A stretch of 64,000 nucleotides of DNA. Origin: Syntrophobacterales bacterium (lineage in GTDB: Bacteria; Desulfobacterota; Syntrophorhabdia; Syntrophorhabdales; Syntrophorhabdaceae). The stretch lies in assembly GCA_031274925.1 (NCBI GenBank), contig JAISPL010000037.1, positions 1,231-65,230 of the forward strand, written 5' to 3'. How positions within the stretch are numbered: position 1 is the first letter of the stretch; every line of letters starts with the position of its first letter. A model generated the notes under the pieces. That model was given only the letters and a program-made list of their open reading frames with translations. It did no database searches and was not told the origin of the DNA. A program made the position numbers and the translations under genes. Below are positions 50,979 through 59,664 of this stretch, in pieces.

Positions 50979-51155
50979 TCATGCGTGGATCCAGTACCCT
51001 AGCGATTTTTTTTTGAGCATGGAGATGGACGGGTCTGCCTTGCCCCGTTCCAGTTGAGAGATAATGGAAGGTGCACTTTCCACCAGATCGGAAAGTTGCC
51101 TGATATTCAGATTCTTTCCTACCCTCAGCTGCCTGATTCTCTGTCCGATATCCAT
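50979..51155 (-). pseudogene. XRE-family HTH transcriptional regulator, frameshifted in an A9 run
   Basis: My translation: MDIGQRIRQLRVGKNLNIRQLSDLVESAPSIISQLERGKADPSISMLKKK|SLGYWIHA*. After the A9 run (51006-51014) the expected continuation ..IARVLD.. lies in the +1 frame. I have not established whether a cupin domain once followed. Confidence 0.55.
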
Positions 51156-51334
51156 AGCTAAAGACTGTCTCTTTTAAATACTTTTTAAATTATTAAGTAA
51201 CAGCTAATTCTTGTCAAGAGAAAAACGGTGAAACACAAAACGATTAGGCGCCATGCAGTATAACGCGCAAAAAGATAAGATAGTTGGAAAAATGAGGACT
51301 CTCATTCAGAAAGAGGGGGGGCGAAAGCGAGAAG

Positions 51335-52486
51335 TTACTCAGGTATGTTCACTCCTGATCTCAACTCAATCAAGGTGACCTCCGGGGGAGACATGAACCG
51401 TATCGGAGGACCCCATATGCCTGTTCCCCGGCTTACATACAGCCGTGAGTTTCCACCCAAGTCATAATAGCCCGCAGTAAAAGGAAAGACCATCCTAACT
51501 ATATAATAGAATGGATAAATTTGCCCTTTATGGGTATGGCCTGAAAGCTGAAGGTCAAACAAACCAAGGGCGCTTTTGTCGATCACCGGCCTGTGTTTGA
51601 GTAATAAAGTAAACCGGTCGCGGTCGAGTCCTCCGAGAAGCCTTTTCTCCTCCACGGTCTCATATTGATGGAAATGTATTCCCGTAATATCGTCGACACC
51701 AGCCACATTGATTGCCCCTTCTATCGTTACTGCGTCACCCCTCAGGACCTTGAAGCCCGACTCCAGCGCAAATGAGATGAAGTTGGAAATTCCGGCATAA
51801 AATTCGTGATTACCCGTAATGGCGAACTTCCCAAATCGAGGCTCCACTTCCATGAATAAACGGGCCAGGCTATTCATAGAATCCGTCTGACCATCAAACA
51901 GGTCGCCCGTCGAGACGAGCATATCGGGTTTTGCCTTCTTAATCTCATAAATTATCTTTCGGAGCCTCTCCTCTCGTACTATGAGACCCAAATGTACATC
52001 GGAAATCTGGACAATTCTCAAAGAATTCATCCCTCTCGGGAGTTTGTCGGTATGTATCACAATTCGTTCCGTCTTTATACACTCAGCCTCGAAAAACCCA
52101 TAGCAAGCAATGGACATAGCGCACAACACCGCGATGTAAAAGTAGAGCCTGAAAGCCCCGGTAATAGGCGACAGATCTTTTCCGGCAGTCAAACCGATCA
52201 GATAAACCACCAGCCTCCATATATCGAAAAGAACAGAAGCGCAGAAAAAAAGAAAGAACAACCCAAACCAGAAGTAACCCACATAAGCCATGACAATGGC
52301 AAATTTATCTAGGCCCACCTTTTCCGACATCCGGACTATAATAGGGGCAAAGAGCATGGTGATTATAAAGAAAGTAAGAAGTATAGTGGACAGCGGACCG
52401 AAACCAAAGGCACACCGGGCCTTCATGATAGCGTAAAAATGCATGCTCCCGTAAATAAGAAAAAAGGCAACAAGGAAAAATCTCAT
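51335..52486 (-). CDS. membrane-anchored metallophosphoesterase
   Basis: 383 aa. About four N-terminal TM helices, then calcineurin-like motifs ISDVHLG, GDLFDG, GNHEF, GHTHKG. Confidence 0.8.
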   Translation of the reverse strand: MRFFLVAFFLIYGSMHFYAIMKARCAFGFGPLSTILLTFFIITMLFAPIIVRMSEKVGLDKFAIVMAYVGYFWFGLFFLFFCASVLFDIWRLVVYLIGLTAGKDLSPITGAFRLYFYIAVLCAMSIACYGFFEAECIKTERIVIHTDKLPRGMNSLRIVQISDVHLGLIVREERLRKIIYEIKKAKPDMLVSTGDLFDGQTDSMNSLARLFMEVEPRFGKFAITGNHEFYAGISNFISFALESGFKVLRGDAVTIEGAINVAGVDDITGIHFHQYETVEEKRLLGGLDRDRFTLLLKHRPVIDKSALGLFDLQLSGHTHKGQIYPFYYIVRMVFPFTAGYYDLGGNSRLYVSRGTGIWGPPIRFMSPPEVTLIELRSGVNIPE

Positions 52487-52722
52487 TGACTTTGACGGAC
52501 TACTTTACGTACCATCCTCCCGTTCCTTGATTCAGAAGGCCTGAAGCAACGGACAGTTCCACTCCCCGCCTGAGAACAGGTTGACGGTATTGATGATGAG
52601 AGAGAAGACGCCACCATCACAACATCATGGTAATTTTCGTCGTCTCGCCGACATCGCGCGGAACAAAATCTCCCGATGCGATACTTTTTTCAACGAAAAT
52701 TTGCATAAGTTTACTCTGCCGG

Positions 52723-54969
52723 TCAGAGACCAAGAAACGGGGCCGCATGATACGCGCCTATTCCAGCCATCAGGGAGAGACAAAACATAAATATAATGGA
52801 AAAAACAAACCATCTCCAATTCTCCATCTCATGTCTCATGACGGTAATGGTAGGTGCGCATGGTATAAAAATCATCAGCATAACAAGAAATGCCAACGCC
52901 GACGGACGGGTAATCACCGTGGGCAGCACCGATCTCAGTCCTTGCTCTCCCACGTTGTAGAGCACTCCAAGGATCGCTATGGAATTTTCCTTGGCTACGA
53001 TACTCGACAGCAGGGCTACGATCATCCTCCAGTCAAGACCCATGGGAGCGCCAAGGAAGTCAATCTTGTGTCCGATCCAAGCCAGAACGCTCGTTTCTAT
53101 TTTTCCGCCCGGTACGTTGGACAGTACCCATATGGCAACAGAAAAAACCATGATAACGGAGCCTGCTTTGCGGATAAACGCCATAGTTCTGCTCCACACC
53201 ACCAGACCGATGGTTTTCAGATCAGGTCTGTGGTAGAGTGGCAATTCCATAATGAAAGGCACGGGCTCTCCTTTCAGAAACAATCTGCTAATGATCATGC
53301 CCGCAACACCTAGGGCAACGATGTTGAGTGCCACAAGGGACCACGATACTACAAGAGCTTTTCTTCCGAAGACGGCAGCGGCAATAAAGGTCATTGCGGC
53401 AAGGCGGCCGGTGCAGGGCACGAAAGGGGTAAGGAATATGGTAAGAAGCCTCGCCTTCCGCGACTCCACGATGCGTGCGCCCATTACGGACGGCACATTG
53501 CACCCAAACCCAAGACACATGGGCAGGAAGCTTTTTCCGTGGAGTCCTACAATGTGCATGAACCGGTCCATCACAAAAGCAGCGCGGGCCATATAACCCA
53601 CATTTTCAAGGAAGGCCATGGCAGCAAAGAATATGACGAGCAGTGGGATGAATGTGAGAATAGACCCAACACCACCTACTACTCCGTTAACAAGCAGTCT
53701 CATCAGCCATTGAGGGGCAAAGAAAAAATACGTGTCGACCCATTGGCCAAACGTGCCGATAAGATACTCCAACCATTTCTGGGCGGGAAATCCCAGTTCA
53801 AAAGTAAGCGCAAAAATAATGCCGAGTATACCCAAGAGGGCGGGAATGCCGATGACGGGGCGGGTAAGAAGGTGATCTATGCGATCCGTTATCAGGACCT
53901 GCCCCATCTTGAATCTCGATATGGCAGCGCGCGTTACTTCCTCTATCCAGTCATAGCGACCCCCGACTACAGCTCTCATTGCATCCTCGTGTTTGATCAG
54001 AAGGGCGTTGATCTCACTCCATATGCTCACAGGGACTATTTCCTCTATGAGTTGAGAAATCTCCTGGTCACCCTCCATCAATTTTGTTGCCACCCACACG
54101 TTCGTAAGAGGGGCCGAAACATACTCTTGGACGAGCCGGATCAGCGTGTGATAAATGGCTCTGTGATCTTCCGATACATCGGGCATTTTAGGATTACAGG
54201 AAAGCTCCCCTTTTGCAAGCCTGATCGCCTCCGCGATCAGTTCTTTTATGCCTCTGTTTTTAGTGGCTACCAATTGCACAACGGGCACGCCTATGGCTTT
54301 CTCAAGCGCTTTGATATCTATGTGAATCCCCTGCCCCTCGGCCACGTCGGTCATGTTAACTGCCACAATTACGGGAGGACCAAGAAGGAGCAGTTCAGAA
54401 AGCAGATACAGACTCCGCTCCAAGGCTGAAGCGTTTACAAGGAGAATTGTCGCATCAGGATGCTCATTGATAATGAAGTCTCTAGCCACTCTCTCCTCTT
54501 CGGAGAAAGCGCTCAAGCTGTAAGTTCCGGGAAGATCGACGATCTTAATTTCATATTCGTCTGTTATATATACCCCTTCTTTTCTCTCGACCGTCTTGCC
54601 TGGCCAATTACCGATGTGCTGAGAAAGTCCGGTAAGCACGTTGAAGACCGTCGATTTCCCTACATTAGGCTGACCCGCTAGAGCTATAAGGAACGTTTCC
54701 CTGCCCGCAAGTTCCGTTGTTCTATCTTCAAGAGGGGTGGCTCTGATAACCAGGATTTGCTCGCCCTGTCCCCTTCCCAGCGCTACTCTCGTGTCCGAAG
54801 CAAACACTATGATAAGCCGTCCGCTGTTCCGGAGCACTCTTATTTTAGCCCCGGGCACTATACCCATGGCAGCAAACCTGCTCATGAGGCTTTTGCCGCC
54901 CGAAAGGTGGTAGACTATACCTTCATCCCCTTCTGCAAGGTCGGTTATCGGTAATGGTCCTTCATCCAT
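52723..54969 (-). CDS. feoB: ferrous iron transporter, FeoA-FeoB fusion
   Basis: 748 aa. The N-terminal roughly 75 aa form a FeoA SH3-like domain (..GIVPGAKIRVLRNSGRLIIV). This is followed by the G-domain GQPNVGKSTVFN, DLPGTYS, and a polytopic C-terminal permease. Confidence 0.9.
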   Translation of the reverse strand: MDEGPLPITDLAEGDEGIVYHLSGGKSLMSRFAAMGIVPGAKIRVLRNSGRLIIVFASDTRVALGRGQGEQILVIRATPLEDRTTELAGRETFLIALAGQPNVGKSTVFNVLTGLSQHIGNWPGKTVERKEGVYITDEYEIKIVDLPGTYSLSAFSEEERVARDFIINEHPDATILLVNASALERSLYLLSELLLLGPPVIVAVNMTDVAEGQGIHIDIKALEKAIGVPVVQLVATKNRGIKELIAEAIRLAKGELSCNPKMPDVSEDHRAIYHTLIRLVQEYVSAPLTNVWVATKLMEGDQEISQLIEEIVPVSIWSEINALLIKHEDAMRAVVGGRYDWIEEVTRAAISRFKMGQVLITDRIDHLLTRPVIGIPALLGILGIIFALTFELGFPAQKWLEYLIGTFGQWVDTYFFFAPQWLMRLLVNGVVGGVGSILTFIPLLVIFFAAMAFLENVGYMARAAFVMDRFMHIVGLHGKSFLPMCLGFGCNVPSVMGARIVESRKARLLTIFLTPFVPCTGRLAAMTFIAAAVFGRKALVVSWSLVALNIVALGVAGMIISRLFLKGEPVPFIMELPLYHRPDLKTIGLVVWSRTMAFIRKAGSVIMVFSVAIWVLSNVPGGKIETSVLAWIGHKIDFLGAPMGLDWRMIVALLSSIVAKENSIAILGVLYNVGEQGLRSVLPTVITRPSALAFLVMLMIFIPCAPTITVMRHEMENWRWFVFSIIFMFCLSLMAGIGAYHAAPFLGL

Positions 54970-55034
54970 TATTCTTCATCAAGCCTTTTTGAGTATTGAA
55001 TACATGCAAGCCGAGTCAGGGAAGCACGGCACAA

Positions 55035-55070
55035 TGTTAATTATTACTATGTCTCATGGGCGAGTGTCAA
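55035..55070 (-). promoter_or_regulatory. candidate Fur box overlapping a putative promoter upstream of feoAB
   Basis: The minus strand reads TTGACA (55065-55070) ... TAGTAATAATTAACA (55035-49). This matches the 7-1-7 Fur consensus TGATAATnATTATCA at 11/14 positions and lies about 65-100 nt upstream of ATG 54969. Confidence 0.35.
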
Positions 55071-55141
55071 TTGGAACCCTTCGGCCGGTACCGACAATTA
55101 CCGCTTCTAGGAAGAATCGGTCCCGCCGTGACAGCTCAGGT

Positions 55142-55720
55142 TCAATCTGGAGCGACAAGATTCTCGCCGGCGCGATATGCATCGGCCAGCGCAGTGGGAT
55201 GGTCAAGAATGGCGCCTTTCGCGTCGATACCGAGATAGCTTAGCGTCCGGTGTTCCGGGACGCTGATGGTCCTGAAAAACGCACTCGTAGTTGCCTCACT
55301 GCACTCCACACCGACTTCCTTCTTCATGCCTCCGGCGAGAAGCAGTAATCCTTTTCTTCCATGGCTTCCACGAGGGATTTCTCTTTTCAGTAAATACTTT
55401 TCACACCATAGACACTGGCAACGGTCAATCATGATTTTCGCTTGGGCAGGCAGACAAAAGAAAAAGATGGGGGAGGCGAGAATGATCCTGTCCGCCCCCC
55501 TGATAGCCTCGTATATATCCACCATCCCATCCTTAATCACGCATACGCCAGTATCTGTGCATCCGCCACAATTCTGGCACGGCGTTATGTTCATGCTGTT
55601 GAGCCTGAAAAGAGTCACCCGGTGAAGAGAGGGGTCTATTGCCTTCAGGGCTTCCGTGATAAGAATATCCGTGTTCCCTCCCTGTCGTGGGCTGGCATGG
55701 AAGGCGGCGATTATGCTCAA
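55142..55720 (-). CDS. iron-sulfur flavoprotein (Isf-like, NADPH-dependent FMN reductase fold)
   Basis: 192 aa with a TTG start. N-terminal flavodoxin-like ASPRQGGNT. Compact Cys motif CQNCGGCTDTGVC (CX2CX2CX5C), as in Isf proteins. Confidence 0.7.
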   Translation of the reverse strand: MSIIAAFHASPRQGGNTDILITEALKAIDPSLHRVTLFRLNSMNITPCQNCGGCTDTGVCVIKDGMVDIYEAIRGADRIILASPIFFFCLPAQAKIMIDRCQCLWCEKYLLKREIPRGSHGRKGLLLLAGGMKKEVGVECSEATTSAFFRTISVPEHRTLSYLGIDAKGAILDHPTALADAYRAGENLVAPD

Positions 55721-55745
55721 CTAATTACCCCGTGTCACAAACGGT

Positions 55746-56240
55746 CTAATCGGCCTTGTAAAACGCCACTTTTCTTGCCCCGCACACAGGGCACAGGTCA
55801 GGGGCTTCTCTCTCGGCCGTATACCCGCAGACCTTGCAAATGTAATAGTCGTGTTCCTCATTCTTTCCAAGCTCCTCCAAAGCTTTTTGATAGAGAGCCG
55901 CGTGAATCTTCTCAACTTCATTTGCAATTGTGAAACTTCTTTCAGCTCCCTTATTACCCTCACCCTGGGCATCTACGATCATGGCAGGGTACATATTTTG
56001 AAATTCAAAAGACTCTCCGCTGACTGCAGTCTCCAGATTTTCCCTCGTGCTTCTGATTCCCGCCAATTCTCTCAGGTGATTGTGTGCGTGCACCGTCTCC
56101 GCTTCGGCGGCGGCCCTGAAAAGTTTCGCAACTTGTTTGTAACCTTCTTCCTCGGCTTTCTTCGCAAAGGCAAGGTATTTTCTGTTGGCCTGGGACTCAC
56201 CTGCAAAAGCTTCCTTCAGATCTTTCTCTGTTTTTGACAT
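55746..56240 (-). CDS. rbr: rubrerythrin
   Basis: Diiron four-helix-bundle motifs (ESQANRKY, EAETVHAHNHL) plus a C-terminal rubredoxin-like CKVCGY...CPVCG. I prefer the start MSKTEKDL (56240, SD GGAGGG). Confidence 0.9.
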   Translation of the reverse strand: MSKTEKDLKEAFAGESQANRKYLAFAKKAEEEGYKQVAKLFRAAAEAETVHAHNHLRELAGIRSTRENLETAVSGESFEFQNMYPAMIVDAQGEGNKGAERSFTIANEVEKIHAALYQKALEELGKNEEHDYYICKVCGYTAEREAPDLCPVCGARKVAFYKAD

Positions 56241-56321
56241 GCCACCCTCCATGTATTTTTGAATAAGCCGTTTCTCTGGAAATCAGGCCCAGACCAGGAA
56301 CCAAGACTCCCGTCCTATATC

Positions 56322-56459
56322 TTACCTTTTCTCTTCAAATGCGTCCTGTGGCGCATTGCAAACAGGACATCTCCAGTCATCAGGAAGATCTTCAAACTTT
56401 TTACCATTTTTTGCCTCATCATAGTCATATCCACACACAGTACACGTCCACATCGTCAT
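56322..56459 (-). CDS. rubredoxin (45 aa)
   Basis: Not in the ORF track (under 60 aa). My translation: [45 protein letters not shown], with two CxxC pairs and the conserved DLPDDW.CP.C block. SD AAGGAGG lies 5 nt upstream, directly after the flavodiiron stop. Confidence 0.85.
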   Translation of the reverse strand: MTMWTCTVCGYDYDEAKNGKKFEDLPDDWRCPVCNAPQDAFEEKR

Positions 56460-56468
56460 TGCCCCTCC

Positions 56469-57686
56469 TTATTCGAATTTTTTGTGGTATTCTTTAACCT
56501 TCACAGCAAAATCCCTTCCGAATTCATAGCACTTCCGATCATCTTCCTCCGACGGTCTGTACATTACTTCCAGGCCCGGTTCCGCAACTTCAACAGCCGT
56601 CCGTTTTATCATGCTGTAGGCTTCCTTCACGGCTCCGCCTCCCCATCCAAAACTTCCGAACGCACCCATTATTCTGTTTTTAGGCTTCAGTCCTCCGAGG
56701 TGATACAGGAATTTTGCAACCGACGGGAAAAGCACGTTATTCATGGTAGGACTCCCAACAAGACAACCTCTCGCTTTCCATAACTCTTTGATTGCGACAC
56801 TCATAGACGTTGCTCTCAGTTTTATCACTTTACAGTCCACTCCCTCATCTTTTATTCCCTGCGCCATAGGCACTGTCATCCTCTCCGTGCTATGCCACAT
56901 GGTGTCATAAATGAGGGCTACCCTGAGATCAGCCTTGCCGTTTGCCATATCAAGATACATCTGAAGCACCTTGCCGGGGTCCTTCCGCCATATCACACCA
57001 TGATCAGGGGCAATCATATCAATCTCAATGCCGGCTTTCACGATCTCGCCTATCTTCGCCTTTATCAGTTGCCCGAAGGGCATAAGTATATTCGCATAAT
57101 AATCTTTCACTGAATCTTCCAATTCGAAGGTTGACGCACATCCTACAAATTCATCGTCAAACCGGGACGCACTGGCAAAGTGCTGGCCGAACGCATCCTG
57201 GGAAATGAGCAACTTTGCCTCTTTTATATAGGTAACCATCGAATCGGGCCAATGCAGCATGGGTGTTTCGAGAAAAAGAAGAGTATGCTTTCCTGTGCTT
57301 AGGGTATCTCCATTTTTGACTATCTTGAATGTCCACTTCGACACATCAAAGTGTCTCTCCAGGCCCTTCTTGCCTCTTTCTGTGATATAGATTACAGCTT
57401 GGGGTATTAGTTTCATTATGGCATCAATGCCGCCCGCATGGTCAGGCTCTATGTGGTTTATCACAAGATTTTCTATACGGGAAAAATCGGTGAGACGCTT
57501 GATATTCTCAATAGTCTCATCTGCAAACTCCTGTTTAACGCAGTCAACGAGGGTAACATGCTCATCCATAATAAGGTAGTTATTGTAGCTCGTCCCGTTA
57601 TGTGTGATGTACCCGTGAAAATCCCTTACACCCCAGTCAATTGCTCCCACCCAGTGTATGCCTGGTTTAATCTCTACCGCTTTCAT
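56469..57686 (-). CDS. flavodiiron protein (rubredoxin:oxygen/NO oxidoreductase type)
   Basis: Metallo-beta-lactamase-like diiron motif NHIEPDHAGG and a C-terminal flavodoxin domain (GSPTMNN). I prefer the start MKAVEIKPG (57686, SD GGAGGA). Confidence 0.9.
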   Translation of the reverse strand: MKAVEIKPGIHWVGAIDWGVRDFHGYITHNGTSYNNYLIMDEHVTLVDCVKQEFADETIENIKRLTDFSRIENLVINHIEPDHAGGIDAIMKLIPQAVIYITERGKKGLERHFDVSKWTFKIVKNGDTLSTGKHTLLFLETPMLHWPDSMVTYIKEAKLLISQDAFGQHFASASRFDDEFVGCASTFELEDSVKDYYANILMPFGQLIKAKIGEIVKAGIEIDMIAPDHGVIWRKDPGKVLQMYLDMANGKADLRVALIYDTMWHSTERMTVPMAQGIKDEGVDCKVIKLRATSMSVAIKELWKARGCLVGSPTMNNVLFPSVAKFLYHLGGLKPKNRIMGAFGSFGWGGGAVKEAYSMIKRTAVEVAEPGLEVMYRPSEEDDRKCYEFGRDFAVKVKEYHKKFE

Positions 57687-57918
57687 AGGTTCCTCCTTGT
57701 TTTGAATCGTTTTTACGTCGAGATGCAATCACGTACTGCCGGGATAAAAACTTGAGCCGGCCCGGAAAGCCTCCCTCGTCCCAAATGACTGCATGCTTAC
57801 ATGATTAAAAATAAGACATGAATGGAAAAATATCAAGTCCGAAGGAACATTTTACAACAAGTGGTCGTTTTTGATTCGCCCTCTACACTATTCGCTCTAC
57901 GCTCCACGTCATCCGCAC

Positions 57919-57948
57919 TTGACCGCACTCGACGTTGCATGGTATTAA
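57919..57948 (+). promoter_or_regulatory. sigma70-type promoter abutting the thioesterase start codon
   Basis: TTGACC (57919-24), 18 nt, TATTAA (57943-48). ATG 57955 follows only 6 nt later with no SD. Confidence 0.45.
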
Positions 57949-57954
57949 GACTAG

Positions 57955-58350
57955 ATGTATATGACAAGGGTCTATTATCAGGATACGGATGCGGGCGGCG
58001 TCGTCTATTTTGCGAATTATCTCAGGTTCGTTGAAAAATCTTGGTTTGAGTATCTTATGTCCATTGGAATCTCCCTTCCTGAGTGGGAAAAGTCGGATAC
58101 CTACGTAATGGTCAAGACGGTGTTCCTTGATATGTCTGAAAAGGTCATGTACGGGGATCTGATCCGAGTCGACACATCCGTGAAAGAGGTGAAGAATACA
58201 AATTTCGTCCTGATCCACACGATCACGAAAGAAGACCGGGCCGTGACAAAGATAGAGACAAGAATGGTTTGTGTCGACGGCAGTGGCAAGCTCAAGAGAA
58301 TGCCAAAACCTTTCATGGAAAATCTGGCGAACAGAGTAGTCGCGACGTAA
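57955..58350 (+). CDS. acyl-CoA thioesterase, hotdog fold (YbgC/4HBT family)
   Basis: 131 aa. VYYQDTDAGGVVYFANYLRF is the 4HBT-type catalytic Asp motif. Confidence 0.8.
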   Translation: MYMTRVYYQDTDAGGVVYFANYLRFVEKSWFEYLMSIGISLPEWEKSDTYVMVKTVFLDMSEKVMYGDLIRVDTSVKEVKNTNFVLIHTITKEDRAVTKIETRMVCVDGSGKLKRMPKPFMENLANRVVAT

Positions 58351-58405
58351 AAAACCACTTCCTCCTGCTTACGCTGAGGTCCCGCCCTTCCATGCCGCCA
58401 CAGGC

Positions 58406-59584
58406 TCAGCCCATAAATTTTCTGAATATATCTCTGGCAATAATTATTCTTTGGATTTGATTTGTGCCTTCGTAAATCTGTGTCGCCTTAGCGTCCCTCA
58501 TCATACGCTCAACAGGGTAGTCTTTGGTGTACCCGCAGCCTCCAAGAATCTGCACCGCGTCGGTCGTCACCTTCATTGCCGCATCAGCAGAAAAAAGCTT
58601 CGCCATGGCGGAAAGTTTATCGACACCTATGGCGCTCATCTTGTCTCTTTCGTACACCTTCATATCAAGGAGATGGGCTGCGTCATAGACAAGAGCCCGC
58701 GCCGCCTCTACTTGGATCGCCATATCGGCGATCATAAACTGGATGCCTTCGAAATCTGCAAGCTTCTGTCCAAACTGTACGCGCTTCCATGCATATTCAA
58801 CCGAAAAATCAAGTGCCCCCTGGGCGATACCCACAGCCTGGGCACCAACAGCCGGTCTGGAAAGATTGAGAGTCGACATTGCAATATCCCATCCCTGCCC
58901 CACTTCACCCAGCATATTATCCTTTGTGAGTCTCACATTATCAAACGTGACCTCTGAGAGATCGGAACCGATCATCCCCATCTTATCTTCATTTTTACCC
59001 ACAATAACACCAGGGTAATCCTTCTCCACATAGAACGCCGTGATTCCGTTTGTTCTCAGTTTCGAGTCAGTGGTCGCGAAAACGGTAATGAACTGCGCGT
59101 TCGCCCCGTTTGTGATCATCGCTTTCTTGCCGTTTAAGTACCAATATTCGCCATCCTTCACCACATTGGTCCTCATGTGCGATGCGTCCGAACCCGCCTC
59201 CGGCTCGGTAAGCGCAAAGGCTACCAGATGCGGCTTGTCTGGGTCGGCGATCTTGCCATAAATGTATTCTTTCTGTTCGTCATTCGCCGCCACCATAAAA
59301 GGCATGACGCCCACGTTATGGGCAAGCGGTATGAGGGAAGCAGTCCCAGAAACCTTCGCCAGTTCTTCAATAACAAGGCAGAGGGATGTAATATCGCCAT
59401 CAAGACCTCCAAAACGCTCCGGCAGCATGAGATAGAGGAGGCCATGCTTGTTATACAAATCTACGAGATCCCATGGAAAAGCGCCTGTCGCATCTATATC
59501 TTTTGCCCTTGGGGCAACTTTATCTTTCGCCAATTTTTCCGCAATCTTTTGAATCATCAAGTGTTTTTCCGAAAGATTTAGCAT
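58406..59584 (-). CDS. acyl-CoA dehydrogenase
   Basis: I prefer the start MLNLSEKHL (59584, SD AAGGAGG); the track's N-terminal extension covers the divergent promoter. Typical ACAD motifs: TEPEAGSD, and C-terminal IYEGTNQIQR. Confidence 0.9.
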   Translation of the reverse strand: MLNLSEKHLMIQKIAEKLAKDKVAPRAKDIDATGAFPWDLVDLYNKHGLLYLMLPERFGGLDGDITSLCLVIEELAKVSGTASLIPLAHNVGVMPFMVAANDEQKEYIYGKIADPDKPHLVAFALTEPEAGSDASHMRTNVVKDGEYWYLNGKKAMITNGANAQFITVFATTDSKLRTNGITAFYVEKDYPGVIVGKNEDKMGMIGSDLSEVTFDNVRLTKDNMLGEVGQGWDIAMSTLNLSRPAVGAQAVGIAQGALDFSVEYAWKRVQFGQKLADFEGIQFMIADMAIQVEAARALVYDAAHLLDMKVYERDKMSAIGVDKLSAMAKLFSADAAMKVTTDAVQILGGCGYTKDYPVERMMRDAKATQIYEGTNQIQRIIIARDIFRKFMG

Positions 59585-59603
59585 GCGGTTAACCTCCTTT
59601 TTG

Positions 59604-59632
59604 TTGACAAAGCCGTCTATTATTAACATAAT
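59604..59632 (+). promoter_or_regulatory. sigma70-type promoter for the DUF362 gene
   Basis: TTGACA (59604-09), 17 nt, CATAAT (59627-32). A 32-nt leader carries SD AAGGAGG before ATG 59665. Confidence 0.5.
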
Positions 59633-59664
59633 TTTCCTGTTAATCAAAGGAAAAAGGAGGCTCA

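Noticed and set aside
53539-54429. 296-aa plus-strand ORF (together with the 228-aa ORF at 52627-53313)
   Set aside because: Both lie entirely antisense to the strongly supported feoAB gene. Their composition is odd (rich in His, Tyr, Arg, Lys and Gln, with no recognisable motif) and there is no SD. They are typical shadow ORFs.
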